Below are positions 7,292-15,163 of a stretch of DNA of 32,048 bases, piece by piece (the stretch's first letter is position 1; every line of letters begins with the position of its first letter). Origin of the DNA: Minisyncoccota bacterium. GTDB taxonomy: Bacteria > Patescibacteriota > Minisyncoccia > Phycocordibacterales > Phycocordibacteraceae. The DNA is taken from NCBI GenBank assembly GCA_022842945.1, contig JALHOO010000003.1, positions 80,458 to 112,505 on the forward strand. Direction: 5' to 3'. The translations under genes and the position numbers were made by a program. The notes under the pieces were generated by a model that saw only the letters and a list, made by a program, of their open reading frames with translations, searched no databases and was not told where the DNA came from.

Positions 7292-7321
7292 AAAGGGCGC
7301 TCGCTTTCGCGGGCGCCCTTT
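7292..7321 (-). terminator. intrinsic terminator of the HAD-family gene
   Basis: 13-bp stem aaagggcgctcgc / gcgggcgcccttt with loop tttc, followed by TTTTTCTTTT on the minus strand. Confidence 0.8.
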
Positions 7322-7326
7322 GAAGT

Positions 7327-8451
7327 CTATACGGAATAGATAGCTCCTCGAGCTTGAAGCGCCAGAAGAGAATCCACGGACTCGCGCCCTTCAACCGCTT
7401 CGTCTGCGATATAGAACGTGCGGTTCGGCTGGTCTCCGGGCATTTTGAACTCATACTTGCCAGGAGTTGCCGCAGCCGGTGTAAGGCGCTCAAGAAGCCA
7501 GCTGACATCCTCTCCGGCGAAGCTGGTGCCGTAGAGGCTGGAGCTTGCCATAAGATGACGCGCGATAGGAGCGCCCCCTGGAAGCACGAAGATCGCAGAC
7601 GCTTCAGGAAGCACGTCCCTCAGCATATACAGTCCGGTAAGCGCATCGTCAGCGATCGTAAGAGAGACGTCTTCTGGTTGAACGCGTGCTTCTGCAAGCG
7701 CCCTACGCAGAAGATGGTCAGCACTTGCTTCTTTGGTACCCAAAGAGGGCACTACATAGAAGCAGGGCTTCCCAGGCTTGCTCTCGTCTCTGAAGTCGAT
7801 GAGGGCGCGTTCTCCCATTTCAAGGAAGTGACTCGCAATCCGCAACTTCAAGTCAGTTTTGTGCTGCTCGTCTTCTGGATTGAACTGAAACCGCCAGTCG
7901 AGCGGCTGAACATCAGTTCGACCTTCATTGAAGGCGGTGTCATCTTCGAGTTTAGAAAGCGCGCCGAGAAGGTCGCCGTTGAAATCAATCTCTTCGAAGC
8001 GACGCCGGACATGCTTTCTGAAGTCCAGTCCACCAAGAAGCTCTGAGAACTCGCCGTCGTACGCATACCCTCTATCAGGTTGGCGCAGAAGAAGACTCCC
8101 TCCAAAGCCCACAATCGCAGAGGGGTCTAAATGACCCGCAAAGCGACGAACGCGTTCAGGTTTCGCATATACAAACCGGCCCGTTTCAGGATCGATTTCA
8201 AGATGCGGTGCTGCACGCGCGTAGCCATACTTGCGAGATGCTTCAAGCGCCTCGCTCGACATAACCATGCCAGTTTCGCGTGCGGTGTTATATACCACTG
8301 CACCGTTCCCGTGCGCCACTTCATGCATCTGGATCTGAGAAGTCTCAGAACCGGTGCAGGTGTTGTCGAGATCCAGAACACTTACGCGCGGATTACGACG
8401 CAGTCTCCGAACCAGCAGACTGTCCTTGTACGGATTAATCTTGGTTTCCAC
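7327..8451 (-). CDS. HAD-superfamily hydrolase (IIB-like)
   Basis: DxDxT motif VLDLDNT, NTAR, a conserved Lys in GTKEASADHL, and a distal acidic motif IADDALTG. GTG start. Confidence 0.6.
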   Translation of the reverse strand: METKINPYKDSLLVRRLRRNPRVSVLDLDNTCTGSETSQIQMHEVAHGNGAVVYNTARETGMVMSSEALEASRKYGYARAAPHLEIDPETGRFVYAKPERVRRFAGHLDPSAIVGFGGSLLLRQPDRGYAYDGEFSELLGGLDFRKHVRRRFEEIDFNGDLLGALSKLEDDTAFNEGRTDVQPLDWRFQFNPEDEQHKTDLKLRIASHFLEMGERALIDFRDESKPGKPCFYVVPSLGTKEASADHLLRRALAEARVQPEDVSLTIADDALTGLYMLRDVLPEASAIFVLPGGAPIARHLMASSSLYGTSFAGEDVSWLLERLTPAAATPGKYEFKMPGDQPNRTFYIADEAVEGRESVDSLLALQARGAIYSV

Positions 8452-8558
8452 GGTAGCCCCCAGTTGTGAATGAACAAGTCAAGCACACTCTACCTAACAT
8501 CATCTGAAGACTTCATGAACTCTCTAGGACGTCCTACATAGGCTATACTGTGCCAATC

Positions 8559-9776
8559 ATGGCGTTCACGCTCCCGAAACCCAAAGACTGTGCAGACTGC
8601 GGCAGTGGAGCTATATTCCACCGAACCACCTACATAAGCATTGTTATAGATGGCATCTTTGCACCGCTTTCAAGTCCGAACCCGTTCCTCAGAGGATTCA
8701 CGAGACTTGTGTACGGCATTGAACGCAGGGTTACGCCCTACATACTCAACACGCTCACGGACTGGGGATGGGCGAAACGTATACCCGAAGCAGATGACGA
8801 TACCCAACTCTTGGCACTTATGCTCTGGAACGAAGCTAAAGAGCGAAACATTGAGGTATCAGAGGTTCGTCTCTTCAACCTCCCACGCAACATCTTTACA
8901 GCGAAATACCCAGACGGCAGACGCATCGCATTTGAGGGCATTCCCATGCCCGCGAACGCAGACCTTGATCGCGCTCCCTGGATGGACAACAAGGACGTAC
9001 TCAAGAAGAAGTTCCGTGCGCTTGGACTTCCTGTTGCAAAGGGCGGGGCAGTTTCTACTCTTAAAGAAGCGAAGAAGCTTTTCAAGACGCTCACACCGCC
9101 TGTTATTGCAAAGCCGTTCTCCGGTTCAGCGTCGCGCCATACCGTTCTCCACATCATGAACGAAGAGGAACTCGAACATGGGTTTAACGTTGCAAAGCAA
9201 ATAGCACCTAAGGTTGTTATAGAAGAGGAGCTCGTAGGGGCGGTGTATAGAGCAACAACCGTGAATGGGGTATTTGCTGCAGCGCTTCGCAGAGACCAGC
9301 CTCACGTAACGGGAGACGGCACCCATACCATCAGAGAACTCGTAGCTATTGCAAACGAGCATCCAAGCCGACAAGGACCGTACTTCCACAGAATGCAGTT
9401 AGACGAGTACGCAGAGAAAGAACTTGAATGGCAGGGCTACACCTTCGACACCGTTCTTCCTCCGGGTATCAAAGCAACCTTGCACCAGAAGATTAATTGG
9501 AGCGTAGGAGGCACCACCTGCGACGTAACGGATGAGGTGCACCCGGACAACATAGAGCTCTTCGAAGAGGTGGCGAGAGTACTGAACGCCAAGATCGTAG
9601 GTCTCGACTTCATCATTGAAGACATGAGTCGCTCATGGAAAGAGCAGGAACGATGCGGCATCCTCGAGTGCAACAGCATGCCCTTCTTTGATAACCATCA
9701 CCTCCCGTTTGAAGGGAAGCCACGCAACGTTGCGAGCCTCATTTGGGACATGAACGAGCCTCAGAACAAAGCATAA
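8559..9776 (+). CDS. ATP-grasp domain protein (cyanophycin-synthetase N-terminal-like)
   Basis: LGLPVAKGG..PVIAKPFSGSASRHTV..VIEEELVGAVYRATTVNG..HVTGDGTHTIRELV matches the ATP-grasp pattern. Start could be the GTG at 8550 or the ATG at 8559. TATACT lies at 8544-8549. Confidence 0.55.
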   Translation: MAFTLPKPKDCADCGSGAIFHRTTYISIVIDGIFAPLSSPNPFLRGFTRLVYGIERRVTPYILNTLTDWGWAKRIPEADDDTQLLALMLWNEAKERNIEVSEVRLFNLPRNIFTAKYPDGRRIAFEGIPMPANADLDRAPWMDNKDVLKKKFRALGLPVAKGGAVSTLKEAKKLFKTLTPPVIAKPFSGSASRHTVLHIMNEEELEHGFNVAKQIAPKVVIEEELVGAVYRATTVNGVFAAALRRDQPHVTGDGTHTIRELVAIANEHPSRQGPYFHRMQLDEYAEKELEWQGYTFDTVLPPGIKATLHQKINWSVGGTTCDVTDEVHPDNIELFEEVARVLNAKIVGLDFIIEDMSRSWKEQERCGILECNSMPFFDNHHLPFEGKPRNVASLIWDMNEPQNKA

Positions 9777-9901
9777 TTCTTCATTGCCTTTTCAGTTCTG
9801 GCTGTTAGACTTAGGATATCGGTCGAATTGCCAGCCAATATATATTGGATGGCTTTGTTTCTTCCTTCAGGGAGGCGCAGAGCCATTCTCCAAAAATCAT
9901 C

Positions 9902-10021
9902 ATGGATGAGAACGAAGTTATCGCCCCAGTAGAGGGTGTTGAGGCAGAGGAAGAGGCTACCGAGGCTCCGGCTGAGGAAGCAGCTCCTGCCGTGGAGGCT
10001 GACGAGGAGGCGGCTGCATAA
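9902..10021 (+). CDS. very acidic small ORF (39 aa)
   Basis: MDENEVIAPVEGVEAEEEATEAPAEEAAPAVEADEEAAA, followed by the terminator at 10041-10067. No clear RBS. An in-frame TTG at 9845 would give 58 aa. Confidence 0.3.
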   Translation: MDENEVIAPVEGVEAEEEATEAPAEEAAPAVEADEEAAA

Positions 10022-10040
10022 GCCACTCTCCACGCAAAGA

Positions 10041-10067
10041 AAAGGACCGCACTTTGGTGCGGCCTTT
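10041..10067. terminator. bidirectional terminator (trxB on minus, small acidic ORF on plus)
   Basis: aaaggaccgcac / gtgcggccttt stem with one bulge. T-tracts on both strands. Confidence 0.7.
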
Positions 10068-10086
10068 TTCTTTTATATAACGGGAA

Positions 10087-11013
10087 CTACGAGTGCTTCA
10101 TGAGCCACTGATAGATGTCCTCAAGCGCCTTAACCGCGTCTCCGGCAGCAATGTTGTTCTGGTGGTAGAGCTCGTCGGTACAGTCTCCGGCCGCCCACAC
10201 ACCGTCAACGCTCGTGTGCTGGTTCTTAGGGTCCGTAACCACGTGTCCCACTGGATCAAGGGTAACCAAGTCCTTAACGAAGTCGGTGTTTGGAATAACC
10301 CCAACCTCAACGAAGACACCCGTAACCGGAAGGTCGGTAACAACACCGGTTGCTTTATCTCTAACCGACAGACCGCTCACGAACTTGTCGCCAAGTACCT
10401 CTGTTGGCTCTGCGTTCAAACGCGTCTTCATATTTGGGTGCGCCAGAACTTTCTCAACCGTAATAGCGTCGCCCTTGAAGGTGCTATGGCGATGGATGAG
10501 TGTAACGGAGTTTACATACGCGAGTAGCTGCGCGGCAGTCTCAAGACCTGCATTCCCGCCGCCCACAACCGCAACGTCCATACCGGAGAACATTGGCCCG
10601 TCGCAAGATGCACAGTACGTAACGCCCTTGTTCTCAAACTTGTCCGCGCCCGGCACCATAAGTTTCTTGCGGCTGGCACCTGAGGCCAAGAGTACCGCAC
10701 GGCTCGTGTAGGTCTTTCCGTCTCGTGTGGTCGCCGTAAACACCCCGTCAGCCTTCGTAAGGAGCGCAACGCGGTCTCCTTCCACAATAGTCAGTATGTC
10801 TTTGCTGTACGCCTCCAGGTGCTCCTTAAAGGACTTCTTCAGATCCTCGCCCTTAATGTGTACGGTACCTATCCAGTTCTCAATGCCGTCTGAGACCGTA
10901 CTCTGTCCGCCAATCTCTTCGGCTATTAATACGGTCTTAAGACGCTTACGCGCTGCATAGACACCTGCGGCTACTCCTGCGGGCCCGCCGCCAATTATGA
11001 TGAGGTCGTTCAT
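10087..11013 (-). CDS. trxB: thioredoxin-disulfide reductase
   Basis: GGGPAG, redox CASCDG, GGGNAGLE, AAGD. Start moved to the ATG at 11013 (MNDLIIIGGG); the ORF-track N-terminal extension crosses the ftsZ terminator. Confidence 0.9.
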   Translation of the reverse strand: MNDLIIIGGGPAGVAAGVYAARKRLKTVLIAEEIGGQSTVSDGIENWIGTVHIKGEDLKKSFKEHLEAYSKDILTIVEGDRVALLTKADGVFTATTRDGKTYTSRAVLLASGASRKKLMVPGADKFENKGVTYCASCDGPMFSGMDVAVVGGGNAGLETAAQLLAYVNSVTLIHRHSTFKGDAITVEKVLAHPNMKTRLNAEPTEVLGDKFVSGLSVRDKATGVVTDLPVTGVFVEVGVIPNTDFVKDLVTLDPVGHVVTDPKNQHTSVDGVWAAGDCTDELYHQNNIAAGDAVKALEDIYQWLMKHS

Positions 11014-11019
11014 GAAGTG

Positions 11020-11028
11020 AGTATAGCA
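11020..11028 (-). promoter_or_regulatory. extended -10 TGCTATACT, 6 nt upstream of the trxB ATG (leaderless-type)
   Basis: Minus strand reads terminator hairpin, TTTGCTATACT, cacttc, ATG. Confidence 0.5.
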
Positions 11029-11057
11029 AAATCCCCTGCAAGGGGTGCAGGGGATTT
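11029..11057 (-). terminator. intrinsic terminator of ftsZ
   Basis: Perfect 12-bp stem aaatcccctgca / tgcaggggattt with a 5-nt loop. Confidence 0.75.
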
Positions 11058-11072
11058 CGTTTCCACGTATCT

Positions 11073-12353
11073 CTACTTCTTGTGTCTTCGGAGGAAGGAC
11101 GGGATTGCGCCCCATGCCTCGTCCTCTTCCTCAGCGTTCTGTGCGGAAGGAGGTGTAACAGTCTTCTGAATCGGTGCTTCCTCACGCTTCTGAGGCTGGG
11201 CCGTAACGAGAGGTTCCTCTCGGCGTGCTGATACCTTTGGCTCCTCTACAACAGGCTCTGGAAGGGGTGCAGGAACAGGCTCCTCCTTGCGTCCCATGTC
11301 GTTGTATATCTTGCCCCGGGTTTCCTCCTGTTCTGCAGGTGCCATTGCAAAGAGCGAGCGCTCGATGCCTCCCTGGCTCCCATCGCCATTGTCGCCCTCA
11401 GGGAAGCCTGTTGCGATAACAATGATGCGGATCTGGCCCTTCTTGAGCTTCTCGTCGCGCATGATACCGAAGATAACCTTTGCGGCTGGATCAACGGAGT
11501 CTGAGACAACCTTCGCCGCTTCCTGGACCTCGAGGATACCGAGATCGTCTGCTCCGGCAACAACGAAGAGTACACCCTTCGCGCCCGTGATAGAGACGTC
11601 GAGGAGAGGGGAGTTAACCGCCTGCGCTGCTGCGTCTTGTGCACGGCGATCTCCTTCGGCAATACCAATACCCATGAGTGCGGGACCAGCGCCCTCCATG
11701 ATGGCCTTGATGTCGTTGAAGTCGGTGTTGATTTCTCCGGGAGTGGTGATGATGTCAGACACACCTTCAACTGCCTGGCGGAGAATCTCGTCGGCCATAG
11801 CAAAGGCAGACTTTGCAGAAGTCTGTGCCTCAACAATAGCGAGGAGTTTATCGTTTGGAATAACGATAAACGCATCTACTTCCTTCTTGAGCTCCATAAG
11901 ACCGCGCTCAGCGAGCTCCTTGCGGTGCATGCCCTCGAACATGAATGGGCGGGTAACAACGGCAACGGTGAGTGCTCCGATTTCTTTTGCGATGCGCGCA
12001 ACAACAGGAGCAGCTCCGGTTCCGGTACCTCCTCCCATACCACAGGTGATGAACACCATGTCGGAGCCCTGGAGTGCCTCCTGGATTTCCTGGCGAGTCT
12101 CTTCAGCTGCACGCTTGCCGAGTTCCGGATTCATACCGGTACCAAGGCCACGGGTGAGGTTCTTACCAATGTGGATCTTGCGCTTGGCGAGGGAACGATG
12201 CAAATCCTGGGCATCTGAGTTAACGGCGATGAATTCCACGCCCTTCACTTTGGAATTAACCATGTGGTTCACGGCATTACACCCTGAGCCACCGACACCA
12301 ACGACACGGATGCGAGCGAAGGTTTCGACTTCTGGTTCTACACGCTTTGACAT
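11073..12353 (-). CDS. ftsZ: cell division GTPase FtsZ
   Basis: GVGGSGCNAV, tubulin signature GGGTGTGAAPVVA, and a long acidic/Pro-rich C-terminal linker. Confidence 0.95.
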   Translation of the reverse strand: MSKRVEPEVETFARIRVVGVGGSGCNAVNHMVNSKVKGVEFIAVNSDAQDLHRSLAKRKIHIGKNLTRGLGTGMNPELGKRAAEETRQEIQEALQGSDMVFITCGMGGGTGTGAAPVVARIAKEIGALTVAVVTRPFMFEGMHRKELAERGLMELKKEVDAFIVIPNDKLLAIVEAQTSAKSAFAMADEILRQAVEGVSDIITTPGEINTDFNDIKAIMEGAGPALMGIGIAEGDRRAQDAAAQAVNSPLLDVSITGAKGVLFVVAGADDLGILEVQEAAKVVSDSVDPAAKVIFGIMRDEKLKKGQIRIIVIATGFPEGDNGDGSQGGIERSLFAMAPAEQEETRGKIYNDMGRKEEPVPAPLPEPVVEEPKVSARREEPLVTAQPQKREEAPIQKTVTPPSAQNAEEEDEAWGAIPSFLRRHKK

Positions 12354-12391
12354 AGGAAGCTGTTAAATGGTCCTTTAATAAGTTCTGATTC

Positions 12392-12418
12392 ATCATACCA
12401 GCCAAAAGGAGCTTGCAA
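12392..12418 (-). promoter_or_regulatory. putative ftsZ promoter
   Basis: TTGCAA, 15 nt, then TGgTATGAT extended -10 on the minus strand, about 40 nt upstream of the ATG. Confidence 0.4.
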
Positions 12419-12488
12419 AGACTGACAAAAACAGGAAACGTGCTGTAAATAAAGCGTCACATTGGGGCGTCTGAGAGAAAAAATGAAA

Positions 12489-12511
12489 CCCCGGCGCTAA
12501 AAGCGCCGGGG
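12489..12511 (-). terminator. intrinsic terminator inside the ftsA-ftsZ spacer
   Basis: ccccggcgc / gcgccgggg 9-bp stem with a 5-nt loop, followed by TTTCATTTTTTC on the minus strand. Confidence 0.8.
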
Positions 12512-12512
12512 C

Positions 12513-12699
12513 ATACTCCATTTCGGCGTCCCGTGGAGTGCGGGATGAAGGACCCGAAGTCCATCTCGGCGATGCCTTACGAACGAACAGCGCGTCGCAT
12601 GGGCGATCTCCCTCGGATCCGTTCTTGCTACGGGCTGTAGCTGTTTGCTCGGTCCAGTATTGATGATGAGGTATCAAGTACAGGACGTCAATGTAGTAT
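12513..12699 (-). ncRNA. candidate structured RNA (ftsA 3'UTR-derived or independent sRNA), class unknown
   Basis: No credible ORF. Long-range closing helix 12513-12532 / 12683-12699 (about 14 bp). Internal hairpins GCUAC-AGCCC-GUAGC, enclosed by GGACCG/CGGAUCC, and GGAC-UUCG-type. Ends at the terminator 12489-12511. Confidence 0.45.
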
Positions 12700-13872
12700 C
12701 TACGGCAAAAACTGCTTCAAGAACTTCTGTATAGAAACTGCAAACTCTCCCATGTTCGCGCCTTTCTTCTTCGGTGTCTCCGTGTCTCCCGTAAGGCCCC
12801 AGAGCGCAAGACCATAGGCAACCGCCCACGTAGCGTCCTTAACTTTCGTGTCGCTTGAAACCTTGAGGTCTGCAATACGGGAAGGAAGGTTGAGAGTCCC
12901 TTTCGCAATGTCGCTAATAGAGCCTTGTCCTGAGGCACCTCCTGAGATAATGATGCCGGCAGGGAGGTTGCCACGGCGTCCGAGAACTTTGAGATGCTTG
13001 TCTATGAGCTCGAACATGGCACGGAAGCGTGCGGTAACAATTTCGTCCACGCGCTTTCGCGGATACATAGCACCTCCAAGACGTCCCATCTTCAAGCGCT
13101 CCGCGTCTTCTAGAGACACTTTGAACCCAAGGGCGAGATCATCCGTTATGTTTGTGGAGCCAATAGGGAATACTTTTACGGAAATAGGAAGGCCCTCGTC
13201 ATAGACAACAATAGAGACGGTCTCAGCGCCGATGTTCGCCAGCACGCACCCCTTCATCTTCTGATCTTTAGTGAGGGTTACATACGAGCCTGCAAGGGGA
13301 GATGCCATGCGATCCACAACCTCGATGTTTGCCGCCTCTGTTGTAGCAGTGAGGACTTCTGCGTGCTGCGTAAGGCAGGTAACGAAAAGGTAGTCAGCGG
13401 TGAGGCGCGTACCCTTGAGACCAATAGGCTCTCCCAGAGACTTCGCCCCGTCTACGCGGAACTCTACAGGAATCTCGTGGAGGATAGTGCGGTTCAGGAA
13501 GTTCGGACGTGCTGCCTCGCGTGCAGTCTCAAGCACCTTCTCAAGATCAAGGTCGGTAATCTCCTGGTCTGCACGAGAGATAATAGCTTCGCCCGTTGCG
13601 CGCACCTCGTCGAGAGATACGCCGCCAATAGCAAGAAATCCGCGGCGTATAGGGACACGCGCAGACTGCTCTGCCTGAGCCCTTGCCTGTCGTACGCTCT
13701 CAGCCGCATCCTCCGCATCAACCACGTACCCGTGCCGCATCCCGCGACTCTCAGAGATGCCCGTGCCGATGATATGAAGTTCCGAACCGGCTTCCGTCTG
13801 CACCTCTTCAACAACCACGACTTTCGTCTGGTGGGTGCCGATGTCGATGCCGGTAGCGATTCGTCGGGACAT
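12700..13872 (-). CDS. ftsA: cell division protein FtsA (actin-like ATPase)
   Basis: GIDIGTHQTKVVV phosphate-1 motif, ANIGAETVSIVVY, IIISGGASG. Sits upstream of ftsZ. Confidence 0.9.
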   Translation of the reverse strand: MSRRIATGIDIGTHQTKVVVVEEVQTEAGSELHIIGTGISESRGMRHGYVVDAEDAAESVRQARAQAEQSARVPIRRGFLAIGGVSLDEVRATGEAIISRADQEITDLDLEKVLETAREAARPNFLNRTILHEIPVEFRVDGAKSLGEPIGLKGTRLTADYLFVTCLTQHAEVLTATTEAANIEVVDRMASPLAGSYVTLTKDQKMKGCVLANIGAETVSIVVYDEGLPISVKVFPIGSTNITDDLALGFKVSLEDAERLKMGRLGGAMYPRKRVDEIVTARFRAMFELIDKHLKVLGRRGNLPAGIIISGGASGQGSISDIAKGTLNLPSRIADLKVSSDTKVKDATWAVAYGLALWGLTGDTETPKKKGANMGEFAVSIQKFLKQFLP

Positions 13873-14270
13873 TTAAGAAGAGCTGTTTTTAGACTGACTA
13901 GTAAGCCGCTTGAAGAGCAAGCGTTCCTTACGTTCCATTGTAGCCCCGTGTTGCTCTCCCTTCAAATGGAAACATCCGTGGATAAACAAAAACCCAACGA
14001 ACTCGGTGTACGTCATGTCGTACTCGGGTGCCTGCTTCTTCGCAACTTCAAGACAGATAACGATCTCTCCGGACTTCTCTCCGGCTTCGTACGAAAGCAC
14101 GTTCGGCACATAGTCCTTGTTACGCAGAAACATGTTCATGGCCTTCGCGCGCTTCTTCCCGGCGAACGCTAAGGACATCTCCCAGCCTGGGAGTGTAGCC
14201 TTAAGCGCCTCCTCATACGGAAAGCGGGGAATAGGAGAACGAGTGAAGTTGCGAGTGTCGAGTGAGGTCA
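13873..14270 (-). CDS. ybeY: rRNA maturation endoribonuclease YbeY
   Basis: Zn motif HGCFHLKGEQHG. Start uncertain among the TTG at 14289, the ATG at 14277 and the ATG at 14270. The stop abuts the ftsA ATG. Confidence 0.75.
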
Positions 14271-14288
14271 TACCCATAGGATATAGCA

Positions 14289-14310
14289 AAAAGCGCCCGA
14301 AGGCGCTTTT
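14289..14310 (-). terminator. intrinsic terminator after rpsU
   Basis: aaaagcgcc / ggcgctttt stem with a 4-nt loop, followed by TTTTTG on the minus strand. Confidence 0.7.
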
Positions 14311-14312
14311 AT

Positions 14313-14573
14313 CTACTTTCGTCCGCGAGTCTTGCGAGCGGCTGGATCGATCTTGCCGAGCTTCACCTGTTCGTTGTACTCAGCGATGCGCTCTCCACGG
14401 ATCATGGCGCGAGCGTGGTCTACGTTCTTGGACTTCTGGCGAACGTAGTAGCGGCGCTTACGGAGCGCGCGCACAAGACCGAGGCCCTGGCCACGGCGAG
14501 AGAAGCGGCGCAGAAGCGACGCGGAGCTCTCGTTCTTGCTACGGACTACCTCAATTCGTACGGCGTTTTGCAT
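14313..14573 (-). CDS. rpsU: 30S ribosomal protein S21
   Basis: SLLRRFSRR..RKRRYYVRQKSK pattern. Basic, 86 aa. Confidence 0.7.
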   Translation of the reverse strand: MQNAVRIEVVRSKNESSASLLRRFSRRGQGLGLVRALRKRRYYVRQKSKNVDHARAMIRGERIAEYNEQVKLGKIDPAARKTRGRK

Positions 14574-14579
14574 AGGTGG

Positions 14580-14588
14580 AGATTAGCA
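14580..14588 (-). promoter_or_regulatory. extended -10 TGCTAATCT, 6 nt upstream of the rpsU ATG (leaderless-type)
   Basis: Minus strand reads TATGCTAATCT, ccacct, ATG. Confidence 0.45.
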
Positions 14589-14623
14589 TAAATAGGGGTT
14601 TTCTGTCTAGGAAGGGTGCAGAA

Positions 14624-14654
14624 ACGCCCGCGGCCTTGGAGGGCGCGCGGGCGT
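14624..14654 (-). terminator. stem-loop after the GC-rich membrane-protein gene
   Basis: acgcccgcg / cgcgggcgt 9-bp stem with a 13-nt loop, then TTTCTG. Confidence 0.45.
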
Positions 14655-14663
14655 GTGTGGCGG

Positions 14664-15071
14664 CTAGTCTGCCGCCCGGGTGGACCTGTGGTGTGTCCAC
14701 AGTTTGAAGCCCGTCAGGATGATGGCCAGGGCCATCAGGCCGTCGATCGACCAGAGGAACAGCATGATCGGCGCGTCCGGCGTGATGATGAGCATGGTGG
14801 TGGCGACTGCCAGTACCATGCCGAGCACCATGCAGGCGAGCGCGACGCCGAGCTTTTCCGAACGGTCGGTTTCCATGTCCATGGAACCGGTCAGGATGCC
14901 GAGGAAGCCGGCAGAGAATATGCCGTTTGTCACGAGCACCAGACCAGTCAGTGCGCCCTCCGTGCTCGCGGCCATCTGCTGAGGGGCAAGATACAGCAGA
15001 AAGCCCTGTGAGACGCAGACGATGGCGGCGCAGGTTGTGAGCCCCGACCAATTATTCCATGTCTTCTTCAA
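14664..15071 (-). CDS. 4-TM membrane protein (about 135 aa), orphan, GC-rich
   Basis: Start placed at the TTG at 15071, 6 nt after SD GGGAGA. Four hydrophobic helices. The other-frame ORFs here (14551..15051, 14616..15011, 14680..14982) are shadows. Confidence 0.5.
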   Translation of the reverse strand: MKKTWNNWSGLTTCAAIVCVSQGFLLYLAPQQMAASTEGALTGLVLVTNGIFSAGFLGILTGSMDMETDRSEKLGVALACMVLGMVLAVATTMLIITPDAPIMLFLWSIDGLMALAIILTGFKLWTHHRSTRAAD

Positions 15072-15134
15072 GGTACTTCTCCCTGCGTGTGGCGTGACCA
15101 AATATGGTTACTGTCCCAACTACGCTGTAGCGTA

Positions 15135-15162
15135 ATTATACATAAATCTTAAAGATTGTCAA
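15135..15162 (-). promoter_or_regulatory. consensus sigma70 promoter for the membrane-protein gene
   Basis: TTGACA, 16 nt, TATAAT on the minus strand, directly after the hisS-like stop codon. Confidence 0.6.
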
Positions 15163-15163
15163 T

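Noticed and set aside
11014-11115. N-terminal extension of trxB (342 aa). Similar extensions occur for rpsA (to 19947), the MBL-like gene (from 20376), pth (from 17554) and pilin paralog 2 (from 26688).
   Set aside because: The extensions cross terminators, promoters or the preceding gene. Conserved N-terminal motifs begin at the internal ATGs that I used.
11287-12366. 359-aa plus-strand ORF, along with 11246..11875 and 11637..12218, overlapping ftsZ
   Set aside because: These lie antisense or out of frame to an unmistakable FtsZ gene. The translations are low-complexity and Ser/Pro/Arg-rich. They are classic shadow ORFs.
12393-12677. 94-aa minus-strand ORF in the ftsA-ftsZ spacer
   Set aside because: It has no RBS or leaderless-type promoter, its composition is implausible, and it reads straight through the strong intrinsic terminator at 12489-12511. 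I treat the region as non-coding structured RNA instead.
12513-12699. Possibility that the spacer RNA is SRP (4.5S) RNA, 6S RNA, RNase P RNA or tmRNA
   Set aside because: I could not find the SRP domain IV GNAR-loop with AGCA symmetric-loop signature, the RNase P GGAAAGUCC element, a tRNA-like end or a tag ORF. The multi-hairpin layout does not resemble the single long 6S duplex. The class is left unknown.
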